Source: Mustelus asterias (taxonomy: Eukaryota). Taken from it: a stretch of 64,000 nt of DNA. The position numbers and the translations under genes were made by a program. The notes below the pieces were generated by a model, which saw nothing but the letters and a program-made list of their open reading frames with translations, did no database searches and had not been told where the DNA came from. Below, piece by piece: positions 25,381 to 37,114 of this stretch. Position 1 is the first letter of the stretch; each line of letters starts with the position of its first letter. The DNA is taken from positions 44,826,001 to 44,890,000 of the forward strand of contig NC_135818.1 of the NCBI RefSeq assembly GCF_964213995.1. The letters are read 5' to 3'.

Positions 25381-27296
25381 GTTACAGGTGAAGGCGATTG
25401 AAGATCCACAGCAGACAGAGTCAGGAAACCGGCACTCGGAGGGATGTTGAAGAGCAGGACACTGCTGAGCCCCTGGCTGATGATGTGCCCCTGGGTCCGG
25501 TCATCCCACAGCTGCTGGAGTTGCAAATTCAGGGCCTTGAGAGTCAGGAAGGGATGACAACAGCCTTCCTTCGAACCACAAGGCTGACAGGAGGGGTACG
25601 ATCGCTTTCTGTGTGAGGAGATGGTGCCGTAACTCCAATGCAATTATGCCAATGCTGTAAAGGTGGCTTCCGCAGCAGGAAGTTTGGTGCAGGATCTGCA
25701 CTCCATGGTAGGAGATGTCCACTCCATGGTTCAGCTCATGACCTCCATGGTTGAGGGCATGTGCTCCATGGTGCAGGGCATACATTGCATGGTGCAGGCA
25801 CAAGTGCGAATCCATGAGTGTCAACGCCAAATGACGGTGGGGCTTCTGGATCTCACTCCAACTGCCCTTCTAACCCTTGGAGGAGCAGAAAGGCCCCTGG
25901 GCACCTGAAGGGAAGAGGATAGGCAGGAGCACAGCCGAGGGCCTTCCACCCAGGAGATGCTGGGGATGTCCAGTCCATCTGACACCTCACCCCTTGTGAA
26001 CAACACACCTCCAGCCCCGTACACTGAGGAGGGCAACACTGTAACAAATGTGCAGCCTGAAAGTAGGCTCAGAGTCTCAAGATCAAGGTCACCAGGGGAC
26101 ATCCGCCAAGGTAACCTCTTGCAACAGGGTAGGGAAGGCAGCAGGCCACCTCAACCTCAGCTGAAGATCCCTATATAGTGGGAGGGTGAGGAAGTGAAAG
26201 AAACTATAGGGAACTAGTGGGCACGGGTGAACCTAAGCACCGGTAGAGATAATTAACCATTGTAATATTGCTCTTGCATTGAACATCACTTTGCTCACCT
26301 ACAGATACTCCACCCTGTTATCTCATGGCACCATGCTCCAAAAACCCCCACATACTCAGCTTCATTGCTATGCAGTGTGAGAATGTCAGCACTATGTCCT
26401 TCCCACCTCCCACACTGATGACTCAGTAAAGATGCACTGCTGCTGGCACAGGCACCCCCAGCTCCCCTCCTACAAACCCCTCATCCATGGAAGGTGACAC
26501 CTCCCCCACCCCCAGCATCAACGCTCATGCCTCTCATGTCTGCCACTCTTCTCCAGTGATGAGGAGGCCAAAGGCTGACAAAGTGCTGAGAGCCTTGGAT
26601 ACAAGGTGGATGTGAACACCAGGACTCCTGACCTCGGAGGGGGCTGCAGTAGCTGGGATTTGTCATCCAGCATCTCTGAATCCCATGATAAGCCCGTTCA
26701 GCTCTCTGTCAGGTAGGAGTCAGGCATATCGCTGAGGATGAGAGGAGCATCACTCTGTCCTCACTGCAAGTCAACATTATTCTCCAGAAGAGCCTGGCCA
26801 ATGGCTTTAGTGTCCTGCCCATAAATGTAGGCACCTTCAAAAGGACCTTCTGCAGACACTGCAGCCGGAATTTTACCGCCTCACCCACCCAGGAATCGGG
26901 CAGGCGAGGCTCGCATAACAGAATTCACCGTTGGCCTCAGGCAGGATTTTACAAGTCTTGCCCGAGTGAGGTCGTAAACTCCCGACCACCCCAATGAGTC
27001 AATGTCAGATCCCATGGAGAGAGAGCTCTTCACTCACTGTTACTGGTTGTCCCCAAAATGAGAAGCTATGAGGGCATTTCTAGTCTTTGACCCCACGAGG
27101 CCACTGGTCATTGCCCAAGATCCTTCCTCCGCATCTTCCTCCTCGCCGCTCTCCTCGACCTCTTCTTCATCCAAAGAGAAGTGGCACTCCTCCATCTACT
27201 CCTGGTCCAGCTGCTCCCCCCACTGCAATGATAGGTTGTGCAGAGTGCAACAGACCACTCTGACGTGAGACACCCTCTGGGGCTTGTATTGGAGAG
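25381..27296. mobile_element. PIF/Harbinger remnant: putative accessory ORF (+) convergent with transposase C-terminus (-)
   Basis: Minus strand 27295-27080 reads LQYKPQRVSHVRVVCCTLHNL then an acidic tail; plus strand has a heptad-repeat frame (25663-25908). Confidence 0.65.
26863..26987. mobile_element. Short Harbinger-type MITE
   Basis: gccggaattttacc / cgtaaactcccgacc; matches 1564-1688. Confidence 0.65.
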
Positions 27297-29349
27297 TAAG
27301 TGAGGAGTGTTTACTAATGAAAAGCTAATGTATTTAAAACAGACTCCTGGGCTCCCCCGTTTTTCACATTATTCCATCGGAGAAGGGGGTTGAAAACCGG
27401 AATTCGCAATTGCGCCAGTGCGATTCACGTTTTCCAATTCTCTTCAGATTTTGTGCCCACATCGGAAATCCTGCGCATGGCTAATGCGGGCTCAAAATCC
27501 CCGTGTTAGCTATATGGTGCATGTCTGCACCTCCATTGCACAGAATTTTCATGGTTTGCTTCTAATCACTATGACAAAAGTCTGAATCAGATAGCTCGGT
27601 ACAGCGCTAATTGGTGAATACAGTCCTTGTCAGCAAAGGACAGTTTTGTGATAAAGGTTTCTTTTAAAGATCAGAATGCAATCATGTGAAACCACTAATT
27701 CTAGTAGAGACTTAAATTATGTAAAATCCATTACAATTGCCGTTCCATCCACGGAGCTCAATTAGGATGAGGTTAATATAATGTCAGTTTGCTCACAATC
27801 TATTGTGAGCAATATTGCACACAACTTTTCACTGAATCCACTACATTTAGCATGTTAAATATTAAAAGCTGCATAAAATAGACTTCACTAACAGTCATAT
27901 TCCCCCTGCAATGAAATGAGCTATAATGTTATCAATATTAATTTGTTTTATTTCTCCAATGACTTTCATTTTTCAATCCTTATGTCATTTTAAATGTCTG
28001 AAAATGAACTAACAAAGATGTTCATATGCCTCTAATGTATTGTTTACTGTTCTTTTTTATATGCCACGTCAGTTTAGTTCAAATGTTGTGAAGTTGCAAA
28101 CAAAGGAGCCTCGCAATCCAGATACAAAACAATAGAACTGCCAATGTGATTTCCATCTGTAACATATCAGATTTAAAAGCTATGCTGAAATATGTAGTGC
28201 AACTCACAGACAAGGGATGTTTTATCTCTTACATACAGCTCTTTTTTCTTTTGTCAAATCTCAGTTCCAATCCAAGGTATCAATCATTATCTTACAATGT
28301 TGTTCCTCTGCTGTAACTTGTCCTCTTGATTGATGACTTCTATTCATTTCTAAAAACACTTTAATATATCATTTTGCACAAATGCAAAAAACCCTAGCAT
28401 CCTGATACAACACAACACAGACAGTGTTTTTCAGTGAGTTTAAATAAATGGAGATTCTCGGAGTGTTTTTGCAATCAGACCTGGATACAACACTGAATAA
28501 TTCAGCCTATTTTTGAATGATGCGACTCAATACCATATTGCATTCTATTGCATTTAAGAATAGGCATCTCTCCCAGACAACATTGGATATAGATTTATCA
28601 ATCTGAAAGCCCTTAGCATAAATTGCTCATGTATTATTTTGGCCAATTCTGTGGAACACAAACATGGTTTGATCATGAAGCACAACAATGAGTGGGAAAT
28701 ATTAGGGAGCTTGCTCATCTCAGAGATGGGAAGTCAGAAGTAAGACAAGTGGGGACCAGTTACAGCAGGATGTGTGAACGAAGTGAGAACTCTTTTCAAC
28801 AACAGAAATAAAGTATATTCATTTATGGCTGGGGTGGGCAGGAAGTGGTTCCCCCCCCACCCCCCCCCCCCCAGCCCCCGGGGGGTCAAAGGTCTAAAGG
28901 GCACCTGAGAGCCATTGATTCACGGCAGGCCAGGAACTTCAGTCAACACTGAAGGAGAAAGTGACAGAGAAGAAAGCAATTTGCCATCCCATGGTTCAGC
29001 CAAGTCTCCCTGGAAACACTCCGCCAGGCCGTGAAGGAAAGGCAGGAGGTGCTGTTTCCGTGAAATGGGGAATGGAGTGCGCTGCAGGTTTTAATTTGCG
29101 CCAAGACTCTGCATATTAGCACGTGAAAAAGAGAAAACCAGCAGGGCAGGCAGTAACAAGTGCAATTTAAATCAGCTATCATAAATTAAGACACAATATT
29201 GTCTGTAACTCAAAAGGAGCTGGGGCCTTCCAGTCAACAGAGGATAGAAGACCATAAAGATAAGGAAATGTGTCAGCAGCTTATTGTGCCTGCAATCTGG
29301 GGGGGTATCTCATTGGCAGGGGCCTGTGTGCCTCATCATTGCCCTGCTA

Positions 29350-30280
29350 TGGAGTCTGCATGTTACTCAGTGATATCCTAGCCCTGGGCACTCTCTGTAG
29401 TGAGTATGGAAAGCCTCACCTGTGTGGTCAAAATATCCAAACCTAATCTTTACAAAGCCTATAGTCTGCTCAATCACACAATCAGAGGAGGCACATGCAG
29501 CATTTTAGCTCTCTGCAGCAGCAATCTGTGAATGGCAAACTGGCATGTCATCATCAAAGAATTCCAAGTGTATTCCTTGTCCCCAAGGAGGCAGGCCAAG
29601 AGGGTTCAAAAACTTGTGGCGCCCCAGGGGTGGGTCAGAATGTAAGCATTGTGAGAGCTCCCTCGGAACTGGTAGTCACATTGGAGCTGCACATCCAAGC
29701 AGTGAAAAACTTTCCTATTGATGCATGTAACTGGTTGTTGCCAGGAAGCTCTCAAGGTCATGTGTGCAGTCAATAGTACCTGTACTTGGGAGAAACTTAC
29801 TGTAACTGCCAACACTCTCACGGATGGAATTGGACAAATTGGTGTACTCTCCTGAATGAGGCATCTGTCACCTCATCAAATGTACTTATATGTCCCTGAC
29901 TGGGAGATGCCACATAGATCTCCAGTGGAGCCCTGGAAGGAACCATTGGCCACAATGTTGAAGGTGGTGGTAACCTTCAACGCCATCGGCATGTGGTTCC
30001 CTTTCGGTCCTTGCAGCCACAGGTCAATGTGGAGAAGCTGGCAGATGTATGAAACAACATTCTGGAATATTCTGAGGTGCCTCTGGAATTGCCTTTTGTT
30101 ATATATAGATTATTGCACTAGCTGCTATATACCTAAGTTGAGGTCAACGCTGGCCATTACAACTGACCCTATCCACCAGCATCCTGGCTTTCCTGAGTCC
30201 TGCCACCTCTTGATGCTTAAGCCATTGCTCTTCTTGGCTCTGTGCCATTCTGTGACTGGCCCTTCTTCTTATCTGGTTGA
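29350..30280 (-). pseudogene. PIF/Harbinger (HARBI1-like) DDE transposase remnant
   Basis: INRKVFHCLDVQLQCD, GSSHNAYIL, LLGDKEY and VIEQTIG motifs. Confidence 0.8.
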
Positions 30281-30456
30281 GAGCCAGTAAAAAAGACAAG
30301 GATGTCTGGAGCCTACTTAATATTAAAATAAATATGTGTGACCTGATAGCTATTACAGAGATATGGCTGCAGGATGATAAAGATTGGGACCTAAGTATTC
30401 AAGAGTGTGTGACATGTAGGAAAGACAGGAAACTAGGAAAAGTTGGAGGGATCATT

Positions 30457-32356
30457 CATAGAACATAGAACATAGAACATAGAACAGTACAGCACAGAAC
30501 AGGCCCTTCGGCCCACGATGTTGTGCCGAGCTTTATCTGAAACCAAGATCAAGCTATCCCACTCCCTATCATCCTGGTGTGCTCCATGTGCCTATCCAAT
30601 AACCGCTTAAATGTTTCTAAAGTGTCTGACTCCACTATCACTGCAGGCAGTCCATTCCACACCCCAACCACTCTCTGCGTAAAGAACCTACCTCTGATAT
30701 CCGTCCTGTATCTCCCACCACGAACCCTATAGTTATGCCCCCTTGTAATAGCTCCATCCACCCGAGGAAATAGTCTTTGAACGTTCACTCTATCTATCCC
30801 CTTCATCATTTTATACACCTCTATCAAGTCTCCCCTCAGCCGCCTCCGCTCCAGAGAGAATAGCCCTAGCTCCCTCAACCTTTCCTCATATGACCTACCC
30901 TCCAAACCAGGCAGCATCCTGGTAAATCTCCTCTGCACTCCTTCCAGCGCTTCCACATCCTTCCTATAGTGAGGTGACCAGAACTGCACACAATATTCCA
31001 AATGTGGTCTCACCAAGGTCCTGTACAGTTGCAGCATAACCCCACGGCTCTTAAACTCCAACCCCCTGTTAATAAAGGCTAACACACTACAGGCCTTCTT
31101 CACAGCTCTATCCACTTGAGTGGCAACCTTTAGAGATCTGTGGATATGGACCCCAAGATCTCTCTGTTCCTCCACAGTCTTCAGAACCCTACCTTTGACC
31201 CTGTAATCCACATTTAAATTTGTCCTACCAAAATGAATCACCTCACATTTATCAGGGTTAAACTCCATTTGCCATTTTTCAGCCCAGCTTTGCATCCTAT
31301 CTATGTCTCTTTGCAGCCTACAACAGCCCTCCACCTCATCCACTACTCCACCAATCTTGGTGTCATCAGCAAATTTACTGATCCACCCTTCAGCCCCCTC
31401 CTCTAAGTCATTAATAAAAATCACAAAGAGCAGAGGACCAAGCACTGATCCCTGCGGCACACCGCTAGCAACCTGCCTCCAATCCGAAAATTTTCCATCG
31501 ACCACCACCCTCTGTCTTCGGTCAGACAGCCAGTTGCCTATCCAATCGGCCAACTTTCCCTCTATCCCACACCTCCTCACTTTCATCATAAGCCGACCAT
31601 GGGGGACCTTATCAAACGCCTTACTAAAATCCATGTATATGACATCAACTGCCCTACCTTCATCAACACACTTAGTTACCTCCTCAAAAAATTCTATCAA
31701 ATTTGTGAGGCACGACTTGCCCTTCACGAATCCGTGCTGACTATCTCGGATTAATCCGCATCTTTCTAAATGGTCGTAAATCCCATCCCTAAGGACCCTT
31801 TCCATCAATTTACCAACCACCGAAGTAAGACTAACCGGTCTATAATTACCAGGGTCATTTCTATTCCCTTTCTTAAACAGAGGAACAACATTCGCCATTC
31901 TCCAGTCCTCTGGCACCATCCCCGTGGACAGCGAGGACCCAAAGATCAACGCCAAAGGCTCTGCAATCTCATCCCTTGCCTCCCAAAGAATCCTAGGATA
32001 CATTTCATCAGGCCCAGGGGACTTATCGACCTTCAGTTTATTCAAAACTGCCAAGACATCCTCCCTCCGAACATCTATTTCCTCCAGCCTATTAGCCTGT
32101 AACACCTTCTCTTCCTCAAAAACATGGCCCCTCTCCTTGGTGAACACTGAAGAAAAGTATTCAATCATCACCTCGCCTATCTCTACTGACTCCATACACA
32201 AGTTCCCACTACTGTCCTTGACCGGCCCTAACCTCACCCTGGTCATTCTTTTATTCCTCACATAAGAGTAAAAAGCCTTGGGGTTTTCCTTGATCCGACC
32301 CGCCAAGGACTTCTCATGTCCCCTCCTAGCTCTCCTAAGCCCCTTTTTCAGCTACT
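30457..32356 (-). mobile_element. Young 5'-truncated CR1 (HER1-type) LINE
   Basis: Uninterrupted RT frame, short 3' UTR and (ttctatg)4 tail at 30457-30484. Confidence 0.95.
30549..32306 (-). CDS. CR1 ORF2 reverse transcriptase domain and C-terminus (585 aa, lacks endonuclease)
   Basis: KSPGPD, NYRPVSLTS, QHGF, DFSKAFDKV, GVPQGSVLGP, FADD and RPHLEYC motifs without stops. Confidence 0.9.
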   Translation of the reverse strand: MAGRIKENPKAFYSYVRNKRMTRVRLGPVKDSSGNLCMESVEIGEVMIEYFSSVFTKERGHVFEEEKVLQANRLEEIDVRREDVLAVLNKLKVDKSPGPDEMYPRILWEARDEIAEPLALIFGSSLSTGMVPEDWRMANVVPLFKKGNRNDPGNYRPVSLTSVVGKLMERVLRDGIYDHLERCGLIRDSQHGFVKGKSCLTNLIEFFEEVTKCVDEGRAVDVIYMDFSKAFDKVPHGRLMMKVRRCGIEGKLADWIGNWLSDRRQRVVVDGKFSDWRQVASGVPQGSVLGPLLFVIFINDLEEGAEGWISKFADDTKIGGVVDEVEGCCRLQRDIDRMQSWAEKWQMEFNPDKCEVIHFGRTNLNVDYRVKGRVLKTVEEQRDLGVHIHRSLKVATQVDRAVKKACSVLAFINRGLEFKSRGVMLQLYRTLVRPHLEYCVQFWSPHYRKDVEALEGVQRRFTRMLPGLEGRSYEERLRELGLFSLERRRLRGDLIEVYKMMKGIDRVNVQRLFPRVDGAITRGHNYRVRGGRYRTDIRGRFFTQRVVGVWNGLPAVIVESDTLETFKRLLDRHMEHTRMIGSGIA

Positions 32357-32692
32357 AATTCTATTAATTAATGATGATATGAGTGCAATGGAGAGAGATG
32401 GCCTTACTTCTGGAGACCAACATCGAGAATCAGTTTAGGTAGAAATGAGAAATACTAAAGATAACAAGCCACTTGTGGGAGTGGTTTATAGTCCCCGTAA
32501 CTGTAGCACATTGGAGAATGGGCTACACAGGAAGAAATAATATGGGCTTGTGAGAAAGATACAGTGATAATCATGGGTGATTTTAATCTAAACAAATCAG
32601 ATTGACAAAGATAGCCTGGATGATGAATTCACAGTATTATCAGGACAGTTTCTTAGATCAGCACATTTTAGCACCAACCAGATAGCAGGCTA

Positions 32693-32815
32693 ATATAAAG
32701 GTAAAATACTGCGGATGCTGGAATCTGAAACAAAAACAGAAAATGCTGGGAAAACTCAGCAGGTCTGACGTTTTGAGTTAGGATGACCCTTCGTCAGAGC
32801 TCTGTTCTCACTCCA
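32693..32815 (-). mobile_element. Short PLE terminal-repeat insertion with decayed hammerhead and an inverted piece
   Basis: TSD caga(t/c)agcaggcta (32679-32692, 32816-32829); minus strand ctgacgaagggtcatcctaactcaaaacgtc. Confidence 0.8.
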
Positions 32816-33699
32816 CAGACAGCAGGCTATCTAGATCTGACGTGCACCAAGACAGGATTAATTAAAGACCCAATAGTGAGAGTATCTCTTGGTGATCATT
32901 ATATGATTGAATTCCATATTCACTTTGAGGGAAAGAGGAGTGGATCCAAGACTTGTGGCTTAAACTTAAATATAGGCACTTATGAGAGGATGAAGACAGA
33001 ACTGGCTGAAGTGAATTGGAAAGTCAGGTTCAGGGATAGGTCAATAAAGATACAGTGGCAAGACAGTGAAGAAGATATTTCAGAATATTTCACAAAAGGT
33101 GCATTCCAGTGAGAATGAAAGACTCTAAGTGAACAACGCACCACCCGTGACTAACTAAAGAAGTTAAAGAGAGTTTAATGTTGAAAAAAAGGCATATAAT
33201 TGTACAAAGATGAGTGGCCGGTTAGAAGATTGCAAAGAATAACTAAAAGATTAATGAAGGGAGTGAAATTAGAATATGAGCGAAAGCTAGCTGGAAATAT
33301 AAAAACAGATAGTAAAAGTTTCTGCAGGTATTTAAAACGAAAGGGGTGAGCAAAGAGAGTGATTGTCTTCTAGAGAGTGAGAATAATGGAAACTGAAGAA
33401 ATGATGGATGAATTGAATAGACATTTTGCATCTGTCTTAATTGTAGGGAATGTAATTAATTTCCCAGAAACAATTGTGAATCTGGAGCTGAAAGAGAGGG
33501 AGGAACTTAATGCAATTACAATCACCAGGGAATGGGTTCTGAGTAAATGATTAGAACTAAAGGGTGGCAAGTCCTCAGGTCCTGATGGATTCATTTGCTG
33601 AAATAGTAGATTATCCAAAATTCCCGAAATTATGGAAGGGCTCCATCAGATTGAGAAATAGTGAATGCGACTCTTCTTTTCAAGAAAGCAAGGAGACAG

Positions 33700-35089
33700 G
33701 GCCCGATTTTACCATTTTGATTCGAAGTGCTGAATCTGGGCATGATTCAGATCCGACTTGTAAACCCTGTTCTCAGACGCCCCCATACGCACTCAGCCTG
33801 AAAAAAAAGTCACGAATCTGAATCGCACTGTGGGCGGGGCTTAACGCACCATAAACGGTGCTGCTCCGATCGGAGCCTTCAACTGCACATGTGCAGTCAA
33901 AAAAAATTGAAAAACGCTCACCTGCCACATCACTCCCGAGCCGCAAAAAGCAGCTCGGAAGCGATGGCCCCCACAAACATCACCCACCCCCAGAACATAA
34001 CTGTCCCCCTTATCCATCCATCCCCACCCCCCCGCTACCCAGACCAGTCGCAACCCCCTGCCCCACTTCCCCTCCACCAGTCGCCCGCAGAGTGGCACCG
34101 GTCCCCCCTTCCCCCTCACCGATCGCCTGCAGAGTGGCAGTGGACCCCCCCTGCCCCTGCCTCCCCACTGCCCCTCCTACCAGAGAACGATCTGGCCCTC
34201 CTCCTCCCCCCCACCCACCAGAGATACATCTGACCCGCCTCCTCTTCCCCCCGCACCAAAGAACCATCTGGCCTCCCTCCCCCCAATCTCCACTCCCCCC
34301 CACCAGAGAACCATCTGGCTTCCCTCCCCCCGCCCCACCAGAGAACCATCTGGCCTTCCTCCTCCTCCCCCCCCCACCAGAAATATATCTGACACACCTC
34401 CTCCCCCCCACACCACAGAACGATCTTGCCTCCCTCCTTCCCCCCCCACTAGAGATACATCTGACCCACCTCCCTCCTCCCCCCCCCCCCCCCCCCCCGC
34501 AACCAGAGATACATCTGGCCTCCCTCCTCCTCTCCCCCACCAGAGAATGATCTGGCCCTCCTCCTCCCCCTCCACCAGAGATACATCTGACCAGCCTCCC
34601 TCCCCCCCCCCCCCCCCCCCAACAACAACAGAGAACGATCTGGCCTCCCACCATTCCTCCCACCCCCACCAGAGAACCATCTGGCCTCCCTCCTCACCTC
34701 CCCCCCACCACCAGAAAATGATCTGGCTTCCCTCTGTCGCCCCCCCCCCCCCCCACCACCACCGATCTGAGTTAGAGAGCCACTGGAAGCTCTGAACCTA
34801 CCTCTTCAGAAGCTGGAGCGCCCAAAACAGACTTTTGCCGAGCATGTCCTTCTTGCGCCAAATCTGGATGGGTGAACGCGATGGTAAAGGGGAAGTGCTG
34901 GTAAGTTTGGGCGTCCAGCCCATTACGTCACACCCATTTCAGGCACTGTCCCGATCGCGTCCATTTTCGGGCCTTGGTAAAGGGGGAATCGGCGCGGACA
35001 CAGGCGTGGATCACGTTATTCGCCTCAGGCCCGACTTTACCAAGTTTTCGCGCCTGAAAATGGGCGCAACGCAATGGTAAAATCGGGCC
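33700..35089. mobile_element. Non-autonomous PIF/Harbinger element (1390 bp) with internal minisatellite
   Basis: Perfect 17-bp TIRs ggcccgattttaccatt; 3-bp TSD CAG; excision restores CR1 sequence ggagacagaaagtcagaaactacagg. Confidence 0.9.
34180..34765. repeat. C-rich minisatellite with two interspersed unit types
   Basis: About 13-14 units of ccagagaac(g/c)atctggcc or ccagagatacatctgacc separated by C-rich spacers. Confidence 0.85.
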
Positions 35090-36153
35090 CAGAAAGTCAG
35101 AAACTACAGGCCAATTAGTTTAACACCTGTCATAGAGTCATAGGGAAATTGCTGGAATCTATTGTTCAGGAGATTATTGCTGAGCACTTTGAAACTTTCT
35201 ATGCAATCAGGCAGAGTCAACATGGTTTTGTAAAAGGGCAGTCATGTTTGACTAATTTATTGGAGTTCTTTGAGGAAGTAAGAAGCAATGTGAATAAAGG
35301 GGAACTGTGATATGGTGTACTTAGATTTCCAGAAGACATTTGACAAGGTGTTACATCAAAGGTTACGTTGCAAAATAAGAGGTCATGGTGTAGGGGGTAA
35401 CATATTACCATAAATAGAGCACTAGTTAGCCAACAAAAAGCAGCTAGTCGGGATCAGTGGTTCTTTTTTGGATTAGCAAAATGTGAGGAGTGGAGTGCCA
35501 CAGGGGTCAGTGTTGGGGCTGTAACTATTTACAATCCATATCAATGATGAAAGGACTAAATGTTTGGTTGTTAAATTTACTGTTGACACAAATATAGGTA
35601 GGAAGGTAAACTGTGGAGAGGACATATGCAAAGGGATATAGGTAGGTTAAGTGAGTGGGTAAGAAAAATTGGTAGATGGAGGATAATGTGGAAAAATGTG
35701 AACTTGTCCACCTTGGCAGGAAGAAGAGAAAAGCAGTGTATTATTTAAATCGGGTGAGATCTCAGAACGCTGAGATACAGAGGGATTTGGGTGTCTTGCT
35801 ACATGAATCACAAAAAGTTAGTATGCGGTGTAGCAAGTGATCAGGAAGGCAAATTGAATGTTATTTGTTGCAAAATGAAAGGAATATAAAAGTAGGATTG
35901 TTTTGCTACATTTGTAGCATGCGTGAGACCACATCTAGAGGGCTGTGCAAAGTTTTGGTCTCCTTTTTTAAAAAAGTGACATAAATGTGTTAGACGCTGT
36001 TCACAGAAGGTCCACTCAACTGATACCAGGGATGAGGGGGTTATCTTATGAGGAAAAGTTAGACAGCCTTGGCCTGTATTAATTGGAGTTTAGAAAATTG
36101 AGAGATGATCTTACTGAAACATATAAGATCCTGGGGGGACTTGGTATAGTGGA

Positions 36154-36483
36154 ATCATAGAAACCCTACAGTACAGAAAGAGGCCATTCGGCCCATCAAG
36201 TCTGCACCGACCACAATCCCACCCAGGCCCTACCCCCATATTTACCCACTAATCCCTCTAACCTACACATCTCAGGACACTAAGGGCAATTTTTAGCATG
36301 GCCAATCAACCTAACCCGCACATCTTTGGACTGTGGGAGGAAACCGGAGCACCCGGAGGAAACCCACGCAGACACGAGGAGAATGTGCAAACTCCACACA
36401 GACAGTGACCCAAGCCGGGAATCGAACCCAGGTTCCTGGAGCTGTGAAGCAGCAGTGCTAACCACTGTGCCACCGTGCCACCC
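36154..36483 (-). mobile_element. HE1-type V-SINE, full length
   Basis: Near-consensus; probable TSD tgga inside the old CR1. Confidence 0.92.
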
Positions 36484-37114
36484 TGGATGCTGAAAGGATG
36501 TTTTGCTTTGTAGGGGAGACCAGAACTAAGGGATATGGTTTGAAAAAAAGGGTCTCCCATTTAAAATGGAGATGAGAAGAATATATTTTTCTCTCAAAAG
36601 GTCCTGAATCTTTGGAACTCTCCCCCAGAGAGCAGCAGAGGCAGGCTAATTGAATATTTTTAAGGTAGAGATGGATAGATTCTTGAGTAACGAGGTGTAA
36701 GGTGTTGGGTTTTGAGGTATAAAACCCTTCTAATTTAAACAAACTTTAAGGTTCAAATTATTAATTGCTGTCCCTATGGTCCTCAAGTTGTGCTTGACCT
36801 ACAAGGTATAAATAACTAGTATTTATGAATCAAGTAGAATGTATTAAGCGAGATTTCACATATACTTAACAATAAGAAGTTTCTCATCTCTCAAGATCCC
36901 AGGAAATCTTGGTGTTGTTGGCACAGGCAATGTCCCTCTTCTTTGTCTTTGAAGTGAACCAGAGAACAGAAATCCAAAACTTCATTCCGACATCAGGAAA
37001 CTGATTTTTGGCCTCACGCCTAATTAAGTTCCCTGTCTGCCAAGCTTCTGCTGCTAGCTAAACTGGGAGATTCCGTTCATATTCACTTTTTTAAAGTGGG
37101 AAATTCAGCACCCA

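Larger units (their letters stand above)
30310..36710 (+). mobile_element. Old CR1 LINE ORF2 (EN+RT), decayed, host to four nested insertions
   Basis: DLIAITEIWL, IMGDFN, LGDHYMIEF, NYRPISL, QHGFVKGQSCLTNLLEFFEEV and GVPQGSVLG occur in correct order. Confidence 0.85.

Noticed and set aside
27789-27812. Palindrome ttgctcacaat-ct-attgtgagcaa resembling a lac operator
   Set aside because: Short, with no vector or bacterial context; plausible by chance
27000-30280. One Harbinger element split by 2 kb
   Set aside because: Both pieces cover the LQY.P.RV region, so they are separate copies
31303-32265. Plus-strand ORFs of 110-145 aa
   Set aside because: Antisense shadows of the CR1 RT frame
34180-34765. 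CRISPR-like repeat-spacer appearance
   Set aside because: Spacers are low-complexity C runs rather than unique sequences, there are no cas genes, and the context is a vertebrate transposon
33858-34795. Long Pro-rich and Gly-rich ORFs (230 aa, 219 aa)
   Set aside because: By-products of a C-rich minisatellite inside a TIR element; open in many frames on both strands
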